A DNA stretch of 62,704 bases, counting the filler, from Chrysochromulina tobinii (taxonomy: Eukaryota): assembly GCA_001275005.1 (NCBI GenBank). It is 6 parts of 6 records of this genome, joined end to end, with 100 filler letters (N's around TTAATTAATTAA, not from the genome) between each part and the next. Parts side by side here need not be neighbours in the genome. Positions count along the whole stretch, not along the records: positions 21,811 to 42,276 come from JWZX01000898.1; positions 42,377 to 45,080 come from JWZX01000901.1; 4 more parts are not named here. One strand, written 5' to 3'. This document shows, one piece after another, positions 32,570-44,139 of this stretch. The translations under genes were made by a program, and so were the position numbers. Numbering within the stretch: position 1 is the first letter of the stretch; each line of letters starts with the position of its first letter. The notes below the pieces were generated by a model. That model made no database searches and was not told where the DNA came from. It worked only from the letters and a program-made list of their open reading frames with translations.

Positions 32570-35500
32570 TTATGCACCGTCTTCGCCGTTCAACAACACG
32601 CCCGCATGCAGCCACGGAGGCTGCTTGCACGCCAGCAGCCGCTCAATCTCGCACTGCCAGTGCCATGCCGTGTCGGAGACGTCGCACGCCGCCGCGTACG
32701 CGTTGCGCCGCAGCGCGGCGTAGTGCTCGGGCTGCGCGTACAGCGCCAGCGCACGCTCGAGCGAGCTCATCAGTGCCGAGTGCGAGTGCCCTGAAAAGGT
32801 CAGTCCGGAGCCCTTACGGCTGCGCTCGTCGTAGTCGGCCACTCGCTCGCGGAGGCCGCCGGCGCGCGAGCAGACGAGCGGCGTGCCGGCTGCGAAGAAC
32901 TCCTCGCGCACGAGCCCCGAGGGTTCGAAGAGGGAAGGCATGAGCCCAAAGTCCGCCGCGATGCTTGCGAGCGCGCCGTCCTCGAAAAAGGTGGCTGGGT
33001 CGGCCCAAAAGTGGTCTGGGTACGTTGCCTGGAGCGAGGCCATTTGTGGGCCGATGAATAGGCTATCCAGGCAATCAATAGGCCCCATAGGCCATCAAGA
33101 GGCAATCAAGAGGCCATCAAGAGGCCATCAAGAGGCCACCCGTGGAGATCGCACCTGGAGTGTGGCCATTTGGTCCGCGCACCGACGAGCGTATGCGTCC
33201 GAGGGGTCTGCGTGGCCGCAGACACACAGCTGCAGCTGCCCACGCGCGGCTTGGAGGATGGCCGGCACGCAGTCGAGGAGCAGATGGATGCCCTTTTGGT
33301 ATGAGATCCGCCCGAGGAAGAGGAGCAAAGGCACCGACGAGCGCACGCCAGATTCGCCAAAGCAGCGGCGCTGTAGCGTCGCCTTCGCGGCGGCATGGTC
33401 GCCATGCGCGGCCAGCTCGGCACGGCGCCGGCCGAGGGGCAGCCCCGAGGCGCATGCAATCGCTCCACCCGCCGCACGTAGCAGCGGCGCGTAGCTCGAG
33501 GATGCGAGGAGCTCGTCCCGATAGCTCGTCGAGACGGTCGCCCACGCACACGAGCAGAGGAGCGCGGCCCGAGTGAGCGAGATCGTGCCGAGATTGGGCT
33601 CCTGGCTGCCGCCCTTGCGACCCCCGCCCTCGTGCAGCAGACGGTGCGGCAGCTGGTGCAGCGCCGTCAGTTGCGTCGCCGGCGCATCCACCACCAACTT
33701 ACCATCGTACCCGGGCTCAAGGTTGTGGATGAGGTGCACGAAGAGCGCCGACTCGCCGAGCGCTCTCACCCCACTCGCCGCACTACCAGCCCAGCCCGGG
33801 TGTTGGGCGTAGGGCGCAGCGAGACCGGCCACCCAGTCGTTGGTCACGACTGCGTGCGGCAGCGGCTCTCCGCGCTCGCGCAGTCGGTCGAGCAGGAGCA
33901 GCGCGCCGCGCGCGAGCAGCGCGGCTGGGAGCAGTTTGCGCGCGGTACCACCTGTGGGGTCAGCAGAGGTCAGCAGAAGTCTTCAGAGGCCATCAGAAGT
34001 CCTCAGAGGCCATCAGAGGTCATCAGAGGCCATCAGAGGTCCTCAGAGGCCATCAGAGTTCCTCAGAGGTCACCTGTGGGGTAGGGCGCGCCAAAGCAAG
34101 CGCCATTCTCAAGGAGATGCACCGTCACTCCATGCTCCTGTATGGTGCGCACGCCCACGGACATGTGGGCGTGCCCGAGGGGAACTTGCAACGAGTACTC
34201 GAGGCGCATCGATGCCCAACGCGGCGCGTAGCACCGGTAGGCCGGCGCGATCACGCGTACGTGCGCGCCGCGCGCGGCGAGCGCGGCCGACAAGTGCGCG
34301 GTCATCGTGCCGAGCCCTCCGACGGATGCCCAGCGACCGAGTTCGGGGGTGATCAAGACGAGCCTCCGCGGCTGTGCCACCTCCACAAGCGCCCGGTGCA
34401 ACCGTGCAATTGGATCTCGGTGCAATCTCGGTGCAATTGGCGCGTTTGGGGCGGGCTGGAGGGGCGCAGCGGGTGTGGCGGGCGCGGCCGGCGGGCCTGC
34501 TGCGGCGGGCGGGCGCAGCGAGTCGCCGGCCGAGGCCGCATCCCCCGGCGCATCCCCCGAATGCCCACTGAGGACGCAATTGGGCGAGGCGGACGTTGGG
34601 TATGCGTCGTCGCTCGTCTTGACAACCGCTTGGTGTGCCTGCCATCGAGGGGTGGGGATTTCGGTCTGCGCGAGCCGACTCATTGCGCCGAGCGCACGCC
34701 GGATAGCCTGCGTCGCGCGCTGCGCGGCCTCCGCGGTCGTCAGAGCCTCGCATCTCGGTACGATCTCGGTACAATCTCCCGTGGCCGTGAGTGCCTCGGC
34801 AGCACGATCTCCCACACGATCTCCCACGCCGTCACGAGCGCCGTCGCGAGCGGTGTCCGACCCAAATATGTGAATCGGCTCGAGCGACTCGTCAGAGTGC
34901 TCTCCACCTCCAGCCCCAGCCCCAGCCCCAGCCCCAGCCCCTCCCACAGGCTCATGCAGCTCGTCAGAGTGCAGCGCACCTGCCTGGGCGGCCATATGCA
35001 CTGCGGCTGAGAGCATGAGTGCTAACGGTGCCATCATCCCGTCCTCGATGGGCATGAGCGACGTGAGGAGCGCGAGCAGACGGTGGCCAGAGGCGTTCGC
35101 GTCCGCGGACGCGCAGATGCGCTGCAGCGCCGTCGCCGCAGCATTGTGCTTCGCGTACGCACTCGGCCGTTGGCTCAGCCGACGGAGTGCACTGAGCAAG
35201 TGCGACCGGTAAGTCAGGTGCTTGGAGCAGTGCACGCGCAGGGCGACCAAGCCGTTGGCAGGCACACGTGCATGCAGCTGAGAGTGAGCCAGCTCTTGCC
35301 GAGAGAAGACCTCGAGCGCAGGCTCCTCAGCCTGGCATCCGGACGACATGACGCCAGGAACTCTGGCCACGGCGCTGACGCTGCTCGTGGAGGTCAGCAT
35401 GCGGTGGACGGCAACGAGCGCCTGGGGATCGTCATCGGCGCCATGGAGAGCTTCGGCGGAGACGTTGACTGCGACTGTCGTCGCAGCGCCGCTCAGATCG

Positions 35501-35712
35501 ATCAGGATGAGCAGCGGAGATCCATCATCTCCACGCCTCCAGAAAGCGAGCGGCGGCTGCTCCTGCGGTTGCAACGGTTGCACGCTCAAAGTACGTAGCC
35601 CGTCGTGCGCTAGAAGCCGTCGCGCGTGCCCGCACGTGTCTGCCGACAAGTTGCAATGCTCGAGCAGGTGGCGCACGAGCACGACGAGGCCGTCGGGACG
35701 CTCCGCCGACAT
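32570..35712 (-). CDS. GT5 starch/glycogen synthase-like glucosyltransferase, spliced (exons 35712-34074, 33951-33155, 33028-32570)
   Basis: ITPELGRWASVGGLG, VTNDW, HLIHNL, FLGRISYQKG, ADFGLMPSLFEPSGL and AGGL motifs. Confidence 0.85.
33029..33154 (-). other. GT-AG intron (126 nt); acceptor derived from a duplicated upstream exon end
   Basis: Sense CAAATGGCC(ACA/TCG)CTCCAGG at 33154-33172 and 33028-33046. Filler is TTGATGGCCTC units. Confidence 0.85.
33952..34073 (-). other. GT-AG intron (122 nt) flanked by a perfect 12-bp duplication
   Basis: Sense ACCCCACAG|GTG at 34071-34082 and 33949-33960. The interior is almost entirely CTGATGGCCT-type decamers. Confidence 0.88.
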
Positions 35713-35743
35713 GGGCGCTTTTGACGAAATTCCCGGGAGACGG

Positions 35744-36120
35744 TTACAGATTACAGATAAAACAAATCTTCACAACGCACTCTCTAAAACAGGTGTCCCC
35801 GGAAATCGACTCGACAGGGTTGCACGACGTCTGACAAGCCAGCTCTTGGAAGGAGCCCGGTGCGCACTTGACGCACACGTCTCCTGCCGTGCGGTTGTTG
35901 TACGTGCCCGGAGCACACGGCACCGCCACGGCCGAGCCCACAGAGCACGACGTGCCGACCGGGTAGGCGATGCACTCGCTCAGGGAATTGAGGTAGCCGG
36001 TGAGAGTGACAGAGTGGGAGCAGCTGTGAGCTGAGCACACGGTCTGGTTGGCGCTGGTGCCGCCCGGGCAGCAGGGCTGGGGCGCGGACCTCGACGCACA
36101 GGTTCGAGCTCAGGAGCAAA
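35744..36120 (-). pseudogene. Fragment of Cys-rich GCC2/GCC3 (ephrin-receptor-like) repeats
   Basis: PCAPGTYNN...CVKCAPGSFQ...QTSC; short, frame-disrupted and without a clear start. Confidence 0.55.
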
Positions 36121-36153
36121 TCGGTTCTTTGTAGCGAAATGAGTGGCGGTGTG

Positions 36154-37536
36154 TCACAACGTCGCGCCGGACTGCCGGTGCCCGCAGAGGCGGTCACGGC
36201 ACTCGCGGGCGAGCTCGCGCGTCTCTGCGGGTTTCCCACAGCAGCGCCAGCCGTCTCGCACAGCCACGCTTCCAGGCCATGTGACCCAGCCCATGTCCTC
36301 GCACGTCCGGCAAGTGCGGCGGGTGGGCTGGAAGGGCCCTGAGCTCATGCGCGCGGCAAAGGACCACGCACTGCTGTTGGGGTTCTTGAGATCGTGAAGG
36401 ACAATCGAGCGATTGCTCATGTGGCCTCGCGTGTACGTGGGCCAAGGATGGTGCTGCACGAAGAGGGGCGAATCGACGATGTTCAGCGCCTCGTGCCGCG
36501 CGCGCAGCACGTCACTCACCCAAAAGCCAAAGACGCTGTCCCCCATCGGAAAGCAAGCACTTCCGCGCATGCGAGAAGGGATCCGACCACCGCGTGCCTG
36601 CACGGTGCGCGCAATCTCCGTCTCGCGCAGCCGCTCGAGCCAGCGACGAGGGCGCGCATCCTCGACGAGTCGCTGCGCGAGGGCGCGCGAGACGCCGAAG
36701 CATGGGCCGTTCACCTGCGGAAAGGGTGGGCTCGGGTCGACAGCGCGCGAGGCGATGGAGAGGGCCGCCTGCTGACGCGTATGGTCCATGTCACTGAGGA
36801 GTGCCCGTTCACGAAGTGGCACCACCAGCCGCGCGCATGCGGTCGACCAGCGCCGCACCAAGGAGGCGTTCCTCGTCGCGCCGAGCATCTGAAGCTTGAA
36901 GACCCTCGAGCTGATGTTCATCGAGTTGTGCTCCAAATCAGCCGCACAGCGATCGATTAGAAGCCGGAAACGCGCCGCTTGCCAATCTACCGGGTCCCAG
37001 CCCATGAAGCCGACGCCCGACGTGTCCATACTGAGATTATTGTAGTAGCTGCGCCAAGTGAGCAGGCCCCAGAGCGTCATGCCTGTGGCAGGCACGAGCT
37101 GCGACACGAGCCGAAGATCGGCCTCCAGATGCGCGAGCTGGATGTAATTGTCGTCGTCACCCGCGACGAGATACTGCGCGTTGGGGTACCGAGGGAGCGC
37201 GGCATCGAAGAACAAAAGGTACTTTCTCGCGCACTCGAGAAACCCTTCGCTCATGTTCACGAGGAGGAGGTCACCCTCACGGGCATGCTCTTCTTGGAGT
37301 GCACGATCAAGCGCACCGGTTGCGAGCTTGCTCTGAGGCGGCACAGCTGCCAGTACAAAGTGTAACGCCACTCGTGAGGAGGGCTCCTCCAGGAAGCGCC
37401 TCGAGAGCTCGCGGATCTTACGCCGCCTGGCCGCGCCTAATGAACTGCTACCCCGTTTGGGGCAGCACCGCACGTTGCTGTCGTAGGCGAGCGAGAGCAA
37501 CCCCACGACGACGAATGCGTCCTTGGGGCGAGGCAT
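36154..37536 (-). CDS. GT31 galactosyltransferase-like protein
   Basis: FVL...LQEEHAREGDLLLV, YLVAGDDDNYI (DxD motif) and GPCFGVS. Confidence 0.7.
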   Translation of the reverse strand: MPRPKDAFVVVGLLSLAYDSNVRCCPKRGSSSLGAARRRKIRELSRRFLEEPSSRVALHFVLAAVPPQSKLATGALDRALQEEHAREGDLLLVNMSEGFLECARKYLLFFDAALPRYPNAQYLVAGDDDNYIQLAHLEADLRLVSQLVPATGMTLWGLLTWRSYYNNLSMDTSGVGFMGWDPVDWQAARFRLLIDRCAADLEHNSMNISSRVFKLQMLGATRNASLVRRWSTACARLVVPLRERALLSDMDHTRQQAALSIASRAVDPSPPFPQVNGPCFGVSRALAQRLVEDARPRRWLERLRETEIARTVQARGGRIPSRMRGSACFPMGDSVFGFWVSDVLRARHEALNIVDSPLFVQHHPWPTYTRGHMSNRSIVLHDLKNPNSSAWSFAARMSSGPFQPTRRTCRTCEDMGWVTWPGSVAVRDGWRCCGKPAETRELARECRDRLCGHRQSGATL

Positions 37537-37865
37537 GGTGTCTCAGTGCTCGGATAGACCTGCTGCAGTGGGTACTGGATCCGTCCGTCGCAGCCTCTCT
37601 TGAAAATCTCACAGTCCTGCGGGGACGCCACGATTGATTGCACGCGACGCGCTTCGATCGAGCGAAGTGCTGTGGTCAACGTCGTCTAAAAAAAAAACCA
37701 GATGCATGCGTGTTACACGAGTTTTTCGAAATTACCACTGTCCAATCGTACGCACCCCCCCCGTCCACAGCCATACAACAACACGAGCAATGCGTGCGTA
37801 CCCGCGGTTGCGGGAGGAATAGGTTGGCTCAACGGGGGGCGGCGGACGGGCTATTCGCAATCGAA

Positions 37866-37903
37866 TGGTCGGTACCTTGTGTGTCGATTCAACTGACCCT
37901 TTC
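37866..37903. repeat. Short dispersed repeat shared with 55222-55259
   Basis: TGGTCGGTACCTTG(T/A)GTGTCGATTCAACTGAC(C/T)CTTTC. Confidence 0.8.
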
Positions 37904-38049
37904 TCAATACTCGTGCAAGGTCGTCTCTACTCTCGTGGGATGACGTGTCGCGCGGTATGGGCACAGGCGGTAGCCTCTCTCTCTGCATACGGGCCCAACA
38001 TTACCTTCGAGAAAGAGGGCCCTTACATTGTGCTCACCACCACACCATG

Positions 38050-38538
38050 TTACCTCAGTAAATCACAGACAGCAGAATGTCCACCACGCTCCGCAAGTTT
38101 CAGAGCATTCCAGCCGCTGTAGAGACCAGAAAGCTGCTCCATGTTCCGGTCCGCCTTTGCCTCGAGTAGGACGAGAGCAACCTGCTCGTGGCCATTTTGG
38201 GCAGCGACCATCAAGGCGGTCACGCCGTCGGACTTTGCCGTATTTGGGTCTGCCTTTGCCTCCAGCAGGACGGCCCACGACGAGGGCGTCCGCAGCAGCC
38301 AGCTTCCCCGCCTCGTGCGCCGCCTCGCGCGCCACGCCCTTGGCTGCCTCGAGCGCCTAGATCGAGCGCCGTGGGCAGCCACGCGGCAGGCAGCCCCTTG
38401 CGCACGAGCGTGGCGACCACGCGCAGCCGCCACGCCTCCTTGGCTGGCACGGCCGCCGCCTCGGCCGCCGGCAGCTGCGCCGCCTTGACGAACGCGTCGC
38501 CAAACGCCGCGCCACCCGCCTGCACGCCCATGAGAACG
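38050..38538 (-). pseudogene. Internally deleted, frameshifted copy of the NACHT-ankyrin gene 3' region
   Basis: 38290-38538 matches about 41700-41933. 38052-38270 matches the last ankyrin units and C-terminus (about 39995-40300). Confidence 0.85.
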
Positions 38539-39679
38539 CGCTGAAGGTCGGCCCTCGACAGGTTTAAGGCCTCTTGCGTGGCTCAGCCCTAGCCCGCTCG
38601 GTGTGCTCGTGCGGGACCAACTTCTTGGTGCAAAGGGTAACACATGAGCCCAGAAGCACGAGACCGAGACGCTCTTTCTGATCGGCGAGGTGATCACCAA
38701 ATGCAGCGTTTCTGATGGATAAGCCTTAACGGGCTGCCGAGTACTCGAGAGGGGGTCACCGCAAGACACCTACTCGTTCGCCCGGCTCTTCGGAACCGGG
38801 GCGGCGACCCCGATCTCGCGGCCGGCGGGCCAACAAAACGCAACCGAACGACAGGGGGGCAACGACACGGGCAACAGGAAAGGGGAAGCCTCAACGGGCT
38901 GACCCAGTGGCCCACCTGTGTGTCGTAGTCCGGTCATGTGATTCTCCCATGCTCCCCGTAAGGGGCCCACGCCGCTGCATATCCGATACATGCGTCTGTT
39001 CCTCCCAAGAGGGGGTTGGCAGTTTCGCCGGGCAGTGGTGTGCGGGCATATAGAAATGTAGCATATAGAGAGGGCATATCGACACCCGAACATGAATCGT
39101 TAGATTCGAACCACATGGCCACGAGCATCCGTTGAGGGAGCTGCGTGTGCTGCCATGGGATATCCTATGTGTCTTAGTGGATATCTCGACCCGTACCCCG
39201 TATTGTTCCAAGGTGATCGGTGTGTCTGTGTCTCAATAACTCACTCACTCTCACTCACAACCACCGACATGGAAATGATGACAGACGGAGACACGAGACA
39301 GAGGCTGAACGTATTGGAAAACAATCCCTCGTACTTCTTACAGGATGTGTGAAGTCTGAAGAACGGAAGGCGGCTGGAGCCTCAGCCTGGACTGATGAAT
39401 CCTCAAGAATCCTCAAGAGGGCTTGACTTGACTTGACTGAGCGACCTTGCGCCCTACACGGCGCTTCACACGGTGACCGGGCCTATCCGCCCAATTGATC
39501 CGCCCCTCAAAATGCATCTTCACGGTCACACCGTCGTTCGCACCTCCGCCGGCACAGCGCGATGCGCGGCACATGGCGCGGCATCGGATCAACAGATACA
39601 ACACATGCAAGAGGAGAATTAGAGGAGAGACGCCGCACAGGAAGCTCCTTGTTCTGGTCTGATTCCGGTCAGCTCCTGC

Positions 39680-39995
39680 CTTGGGTTGTGGCCATTTTGG
39701 GCAGCGAACATCAAGGCGGTCATGCCGTCGGACCTTGCCTTAATTGGGTCCGCCTTTGCCTCTAGCAGGACAAGGGCGCACCGCTCATGGCCATTTGGGG
39801 CAGCCCATATCAAGGCGGTGACGCCATCGTTGTTCTGAGCGCTCACCACGGCGCCCGCCTCAAGCAGGACGCGAGCAACCTGCTCGTGGCCATTTAGAGC
39901 AGCGAACATCAAGGCGGTCCTCCCGTCGGACAATGCCCTATTTGGGTCCGCCTTTGCCTCGAGTGTTACTTTGCCTCATTTTGGTCCGCCTTTGC
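39680..39995 (-). pseudogene. Extra out-of-frame ankyrin units downstream of the NACHT-ankyrin ORF
   Basis: TALMFAALNGHEQVARVLLEAGA and similar units from the same 99-bp family. Confidence 0.75.
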
Positions 39996-42276
39996 CTCAG
40001 TAAATCACAGACAGCAGAATGTCCACCCCTCTCCGCAAGTTTCAGAGCATTCCAGCCGCTGAGACCAGAAAGCTCCTTGTTCCGGTCAGCTCCCGCCTCG
40101 AGCAGGACAAGAGCAACCTGCTCGTGGCCATTTAGAGCAGCGAACATCAAGGCGGTCATGCCGGAAGACATTGCCCTATTTGGGTCCGCCTTTGCCTCGA
40201 GCAGGACGAAAGCAACCTGCTCGTGGCCATTTTGGGCAGCGATGATCAAGGCGGTCACGCCGTCGGACCTTGCCTGATTTGGGTCCGCCTTTGCCTCGAG
40301 CAGGACGAAAGCAACCTGCTCGTGGCCATTTAGGGCAGCGCACATCAAGGTGGTCGAGCCGTTGGACCTTGCCTGATTTGGGTCCGCCTTTGCCTCGAGC
40401 AGGACGAGAGCAACCTGCTTGTGGCCATTTTGGGCAGCGAAACCCAAGGCAGTCGTGCCGTCAGACATTGCCTTATTTGGGTCCGCCTTTGCCTTGAGCA
40501 GGACGAGAGCAACCTGCTCGTGGCCATTTAGGGCAGCACACATCAAGGTGGTCGTGCCGACGGAATCTGTCATATTTGGGTCCGCCTTTGCCTCGAGCAG
40601 GACGAAAGCAACCTGCTCATGGCCATTTAGGGCAGCACACATCAAGGTGGTCACGCCGCCGGACCTTGCCATATTTGGGTCCGCCTTTGCCTCGAGCAGG
40701 ACGAGAGCAACCTGCTCGTGGCCATTTAGAGCAGCGAACATCAAGGCGGTCATGCCGTTGGACTGTGCCTGATTTGGGTCCGCCTTTGCCTTGAGCAGGA
40801 CGAAAGCAACCTGCTCGTGCTGGCCATTTTGGGCAGCGAACGTCAAGGCGGTCCTGCCGTCAGACATTGCCTTATTTGGGTCCGCCATCGCCTCGAGCAG
40901 GACGTGAAGGCAGCGCTCGTGTCCAAAACGGCTCGCCAGCATGAGTGGAGTGCCACCGTCGGAATCGGCGAGCGCCGCATCCGCCCCTCGAGTGAGGAGC
41001 TGCTGCACGATCGGCTCGGCGCCCTCCTCCGCGGCGAGGTAGAGCGCGGTGCAGCCCTCGGCGCTCTGCGCATTCAGCGTGGAGGCGTTTGAGGATGCCA
41101 GCAGCTTGGCGACGGCCGCGAGTTGCTTGCGGCGGGACGCGACCATGAGCGCCGTCATCCTCCCCGCGTCCTGCGTGCGTGCGAGGGTTGCCAGGTCCCC
41201 CGTCGCGGCGGCGCGCAGCCGCTCCGTGCGCGTGCACGCCTCGTCGGTGAACTCGTGGTCCGAGAGCGTCGGCACAAAGAGGCGGACGACGGCGTGCTGC
41301 TTGGCGTTCCGTGCTGCTCCGACTGCGGACTGGAGCTGCGTGTTGTTCTCCTCCTTGTCGGCGCCCTTTGCGACGAGCGCACGGCAGATGGCCACGTGCC
41401 CGCCGGCGGCGGCGCGGTGCAGCGGCGTGTTGGCGCGCTCGTCCGTGACGAGCGGGTTGACACCCGTGTCGAGCAGCGCCTCGACGAGCGCCGCGTCGCC
41501 CGCCCCTGCGGCGAGACGGAGGAGCGCGCCCGCGCCGTCGGACGCAACGACGAGCGCCTTGGTGCGCGGCAGGCCCTTCTTCTCGTCCCACCCCATGATC
41601 TTGACGTCCACCGCGTCGCCCTCCACGCGTGCGACCACGGCCGGCGTCCAGAAGTTCCCGTCGCGGGCGAGCACTCTCTTGCCCACGACGAGCGCGTCTG
41701 CAGCAGCCAGCTTCCCCGCCTCGCGCGCCGCCTCGATCGCCACGCCCTTGGCCGCCTCGAGCGCCGTGGGCAGCCACGCGGCAGGCAGTCCCTTGCGCAC
41801 GAGCGTGGCGAGCACGTGCAGCCGCCACGCCTCCTGGGCTGGCACGGCCGCCGCCTCGGCTACCGGCAGCTGCGCCGCCTTGACGAACGCGTCGCCAAAC
41901 GCCGCGCCACCCGCCTGCACGCCCATGAGAACGGCGTTCGTCCACCACACGCCCCACGCAAACGACGACAGCGGCAAGCCGCCATCGCCGATGGCGAGCA
42001 TCGCATAGTACTCCTGGAAGGAGAGATGGAAGGCCTGCATCTGCAGCGGCTTCGCCTCGAGCAGGCGCACGAGCGGCAGCCCGTCTCGCGCCACCAGGGC
42101 GCGCAGCTCGTCGGCCGCGCGCTGGGCGGCGGCCATGCCGATGCGCGCGCTGATACGCGCGGCGGCGGCGCCGAGGTGTACCTCGGTGATGATGCGCTGC
42201 TCGGCGGCGTGCGCCTCGAAGAAGGTGGCTTGCAGCAGCGCGCGCGCGTCGTCCGACACGGCGGCGCCCGACCGTT
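39938..42276 (-). CDS. NLR-like (NACHT winged-helix plus ankyrin repeat) protein, 5'-truncated by the contig end
   Basis: FHLSFQEYYAM is typical of the NACHT-associated winged-helix region. Divergent ankyrin repeats follow, then about 8 near-identical 33-aa repeats. The P-loop is not in the window. Confidence 0.75.
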
Positions 42277-42376
42277 NNNNNNNNNNNNNNNNNNNNNNNN
42301 NNNNNNNNNNNNNNNNNNNNTTAATTAATTAANNNNNNNNNNNNNNNNNNNNNNNNNNNNNNNNNNNNNNNNNNNN
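42277..42376. other. Artificial contig spacer
   Basis: N-TTAATTAATTAA-N, 100 nt. Confidence 0.98.
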
Positions 42377-42477
42377 CCCTACGTAGCCGCTGGTTTCGAG
42401 ACCTGAAAATGCAATCCTGAGGAGTTAGGTCGAAAAAACGCTGTTTTGAGCGGCAGTTGACCTTTGTTGACCTCAAC

Positions 42478-43740
42478 CGAGGACCGGCGCCACTGGTCAC
42501 CATTGGTCACCCCTGGTCGCCCGTGTGCGCCCATTGAAGCCAGAACCCCCTGGCACCTTCTGGCACCCTCTGGTACCTATGGGCGCGCATGGGCGCACAT
42601 GGGCGACCGCTGGCGTGTACCGACGTATGAGCGCCCATCGTACCGAGGACCGGCGCCACTGGTCACCACTGGTCGCCAGCGAGCGCTTGTGTGCGCCCAT
42701 TGAAGCCAGAACCCCCTTGCACCTTCTGGCACCCTCTGGTACCGATGGGCGCTCATGGGCGCTCATGGGCACACATGGGCGCCCGCTGGAGCGTATGAGC
42801 GCGTACCGAGCACCTGCGCCAGTGGTCGCCAGTGGTCGCCAGTGGTCATCAAAGACCCGCACGCCTGAGACATAGCAGCTCAGGGAGGGCTCTGGCGGCC
42901 CTGCTCACATGGACAGAGTGACCACTTGTGTAGCATTTTGGGTAGCCTTAGTGCTCGGAGCCGTGGCACACGGAATGCGTGTACCGAGGAGTGGCGCCAC
43001 TGGTCACCCCTGGTTGCCAGTGAGCGCCCGTGTGCGCCCATTGAAGCCAGAACCCCCTGGCACCTTCTGGCACCCTCTGGTACCCATGGGCGCTCATGGG
43101 CGCTCATGGGCGCACATGGGCTACCGCTGGCGTGTACCGACGTATGAGCGCCCATCGTACCGAGGACCGGCGCCACTGGTCACCACTGGTTGCCAGTGAG
43201 CGCCCGTGTGCGCCCATTGAAGCCAGAACCCCCTGGCACCTTCTGGCACCTTCTGGTACCCATGGGCGCTCATGGGCGCTCATGGGCGCACATGGGCGAC
43301 CGCTGGCGTGTACCGACGTATGAGCGCCCATCGTACCGAGGACCGGCGCCACTGGTCACCACTAGTTGCCAGTGAGCGCCCGTGTGCGCCCATTGAAGCC
43401 AGAACCCCCTGGCACCTTCTGGCACCCTCTGGTACCGATGGGCGCTCATGGGCGCTCATGGGCGCGCATGGGCGACCGCTGGCGTGTACCGACGTATGAG
43501 CGAGTATCTATTGAGGACAGTCCGGGGCCAGTGCTCGCCAGTGGTCGCCAGTGGTCATCAAAGACCCGCACGCCTGAGACATAGCAGCTCAGGGAGGGCC
43601 CCGGCGGCCCTGCTCACGTGGACAGAGTGACCACTTGTGTAGCATTTTGGGTAGCCTTAGTGCTCGGAGCCGTGGCACACAGAATGCGCGCGAGGACCGG
43701 CGCCACTGGTCGCCCCTGGTCGCCCCTGGTTGCCCCTGGC
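42478..43740. repeat. Satellite with a monomer of about 176 bp and a higher-order period of about 709 bp
   Basis: GAGGACCGGCGCCACTGGTC recurs near 42479, 42646, 43162, 43338 and 43692. The block AGTGGTCATCAAAGACCCGCACG occurs at 42841 and 43550. Confidence 0.9.
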
Positions 43741-44139
43741 TGCCAATAGTTGCTCATGATTGCTCACCTTATATTCATCTGATGAAAGGATTCAGCAGAA
43801 AGAAGCGGGGTCCGGGGGCGGCAGCCCCTGGGAAAGAAAAGCGGGGGTCCGGGGGCGGCAGCCCCTGGAATAGAAAATTCATCATTCATTGCCAACAGCC
43901 CTTTGAATGTTCATCCCCTTTCATCACCAAGATTGTACCAAGTTCTCAGATGACTTTTTGTTGACTGACAAAGGTGGTGTGAAATTCACAGGAAAATTTC
44001 CAAATCCATTCGTTTACAGTACTGTGAGTTGCGCAGGTGACCCGCTGGAAGGACACCTCAACGTCTGCAAAAGCTCTTGGTTAGCTCTTGGGCCTCAAGC
44101 TGGATCAATTTTGGCCATGAAGGTGAGCTTGTGGCCTTG

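Noticed and set aside
42478..43740. CRISPR array or coding repeats
   Set aside because: Whole units are repeated with no unique spacers; the ORFs are translations of satellite DNA.
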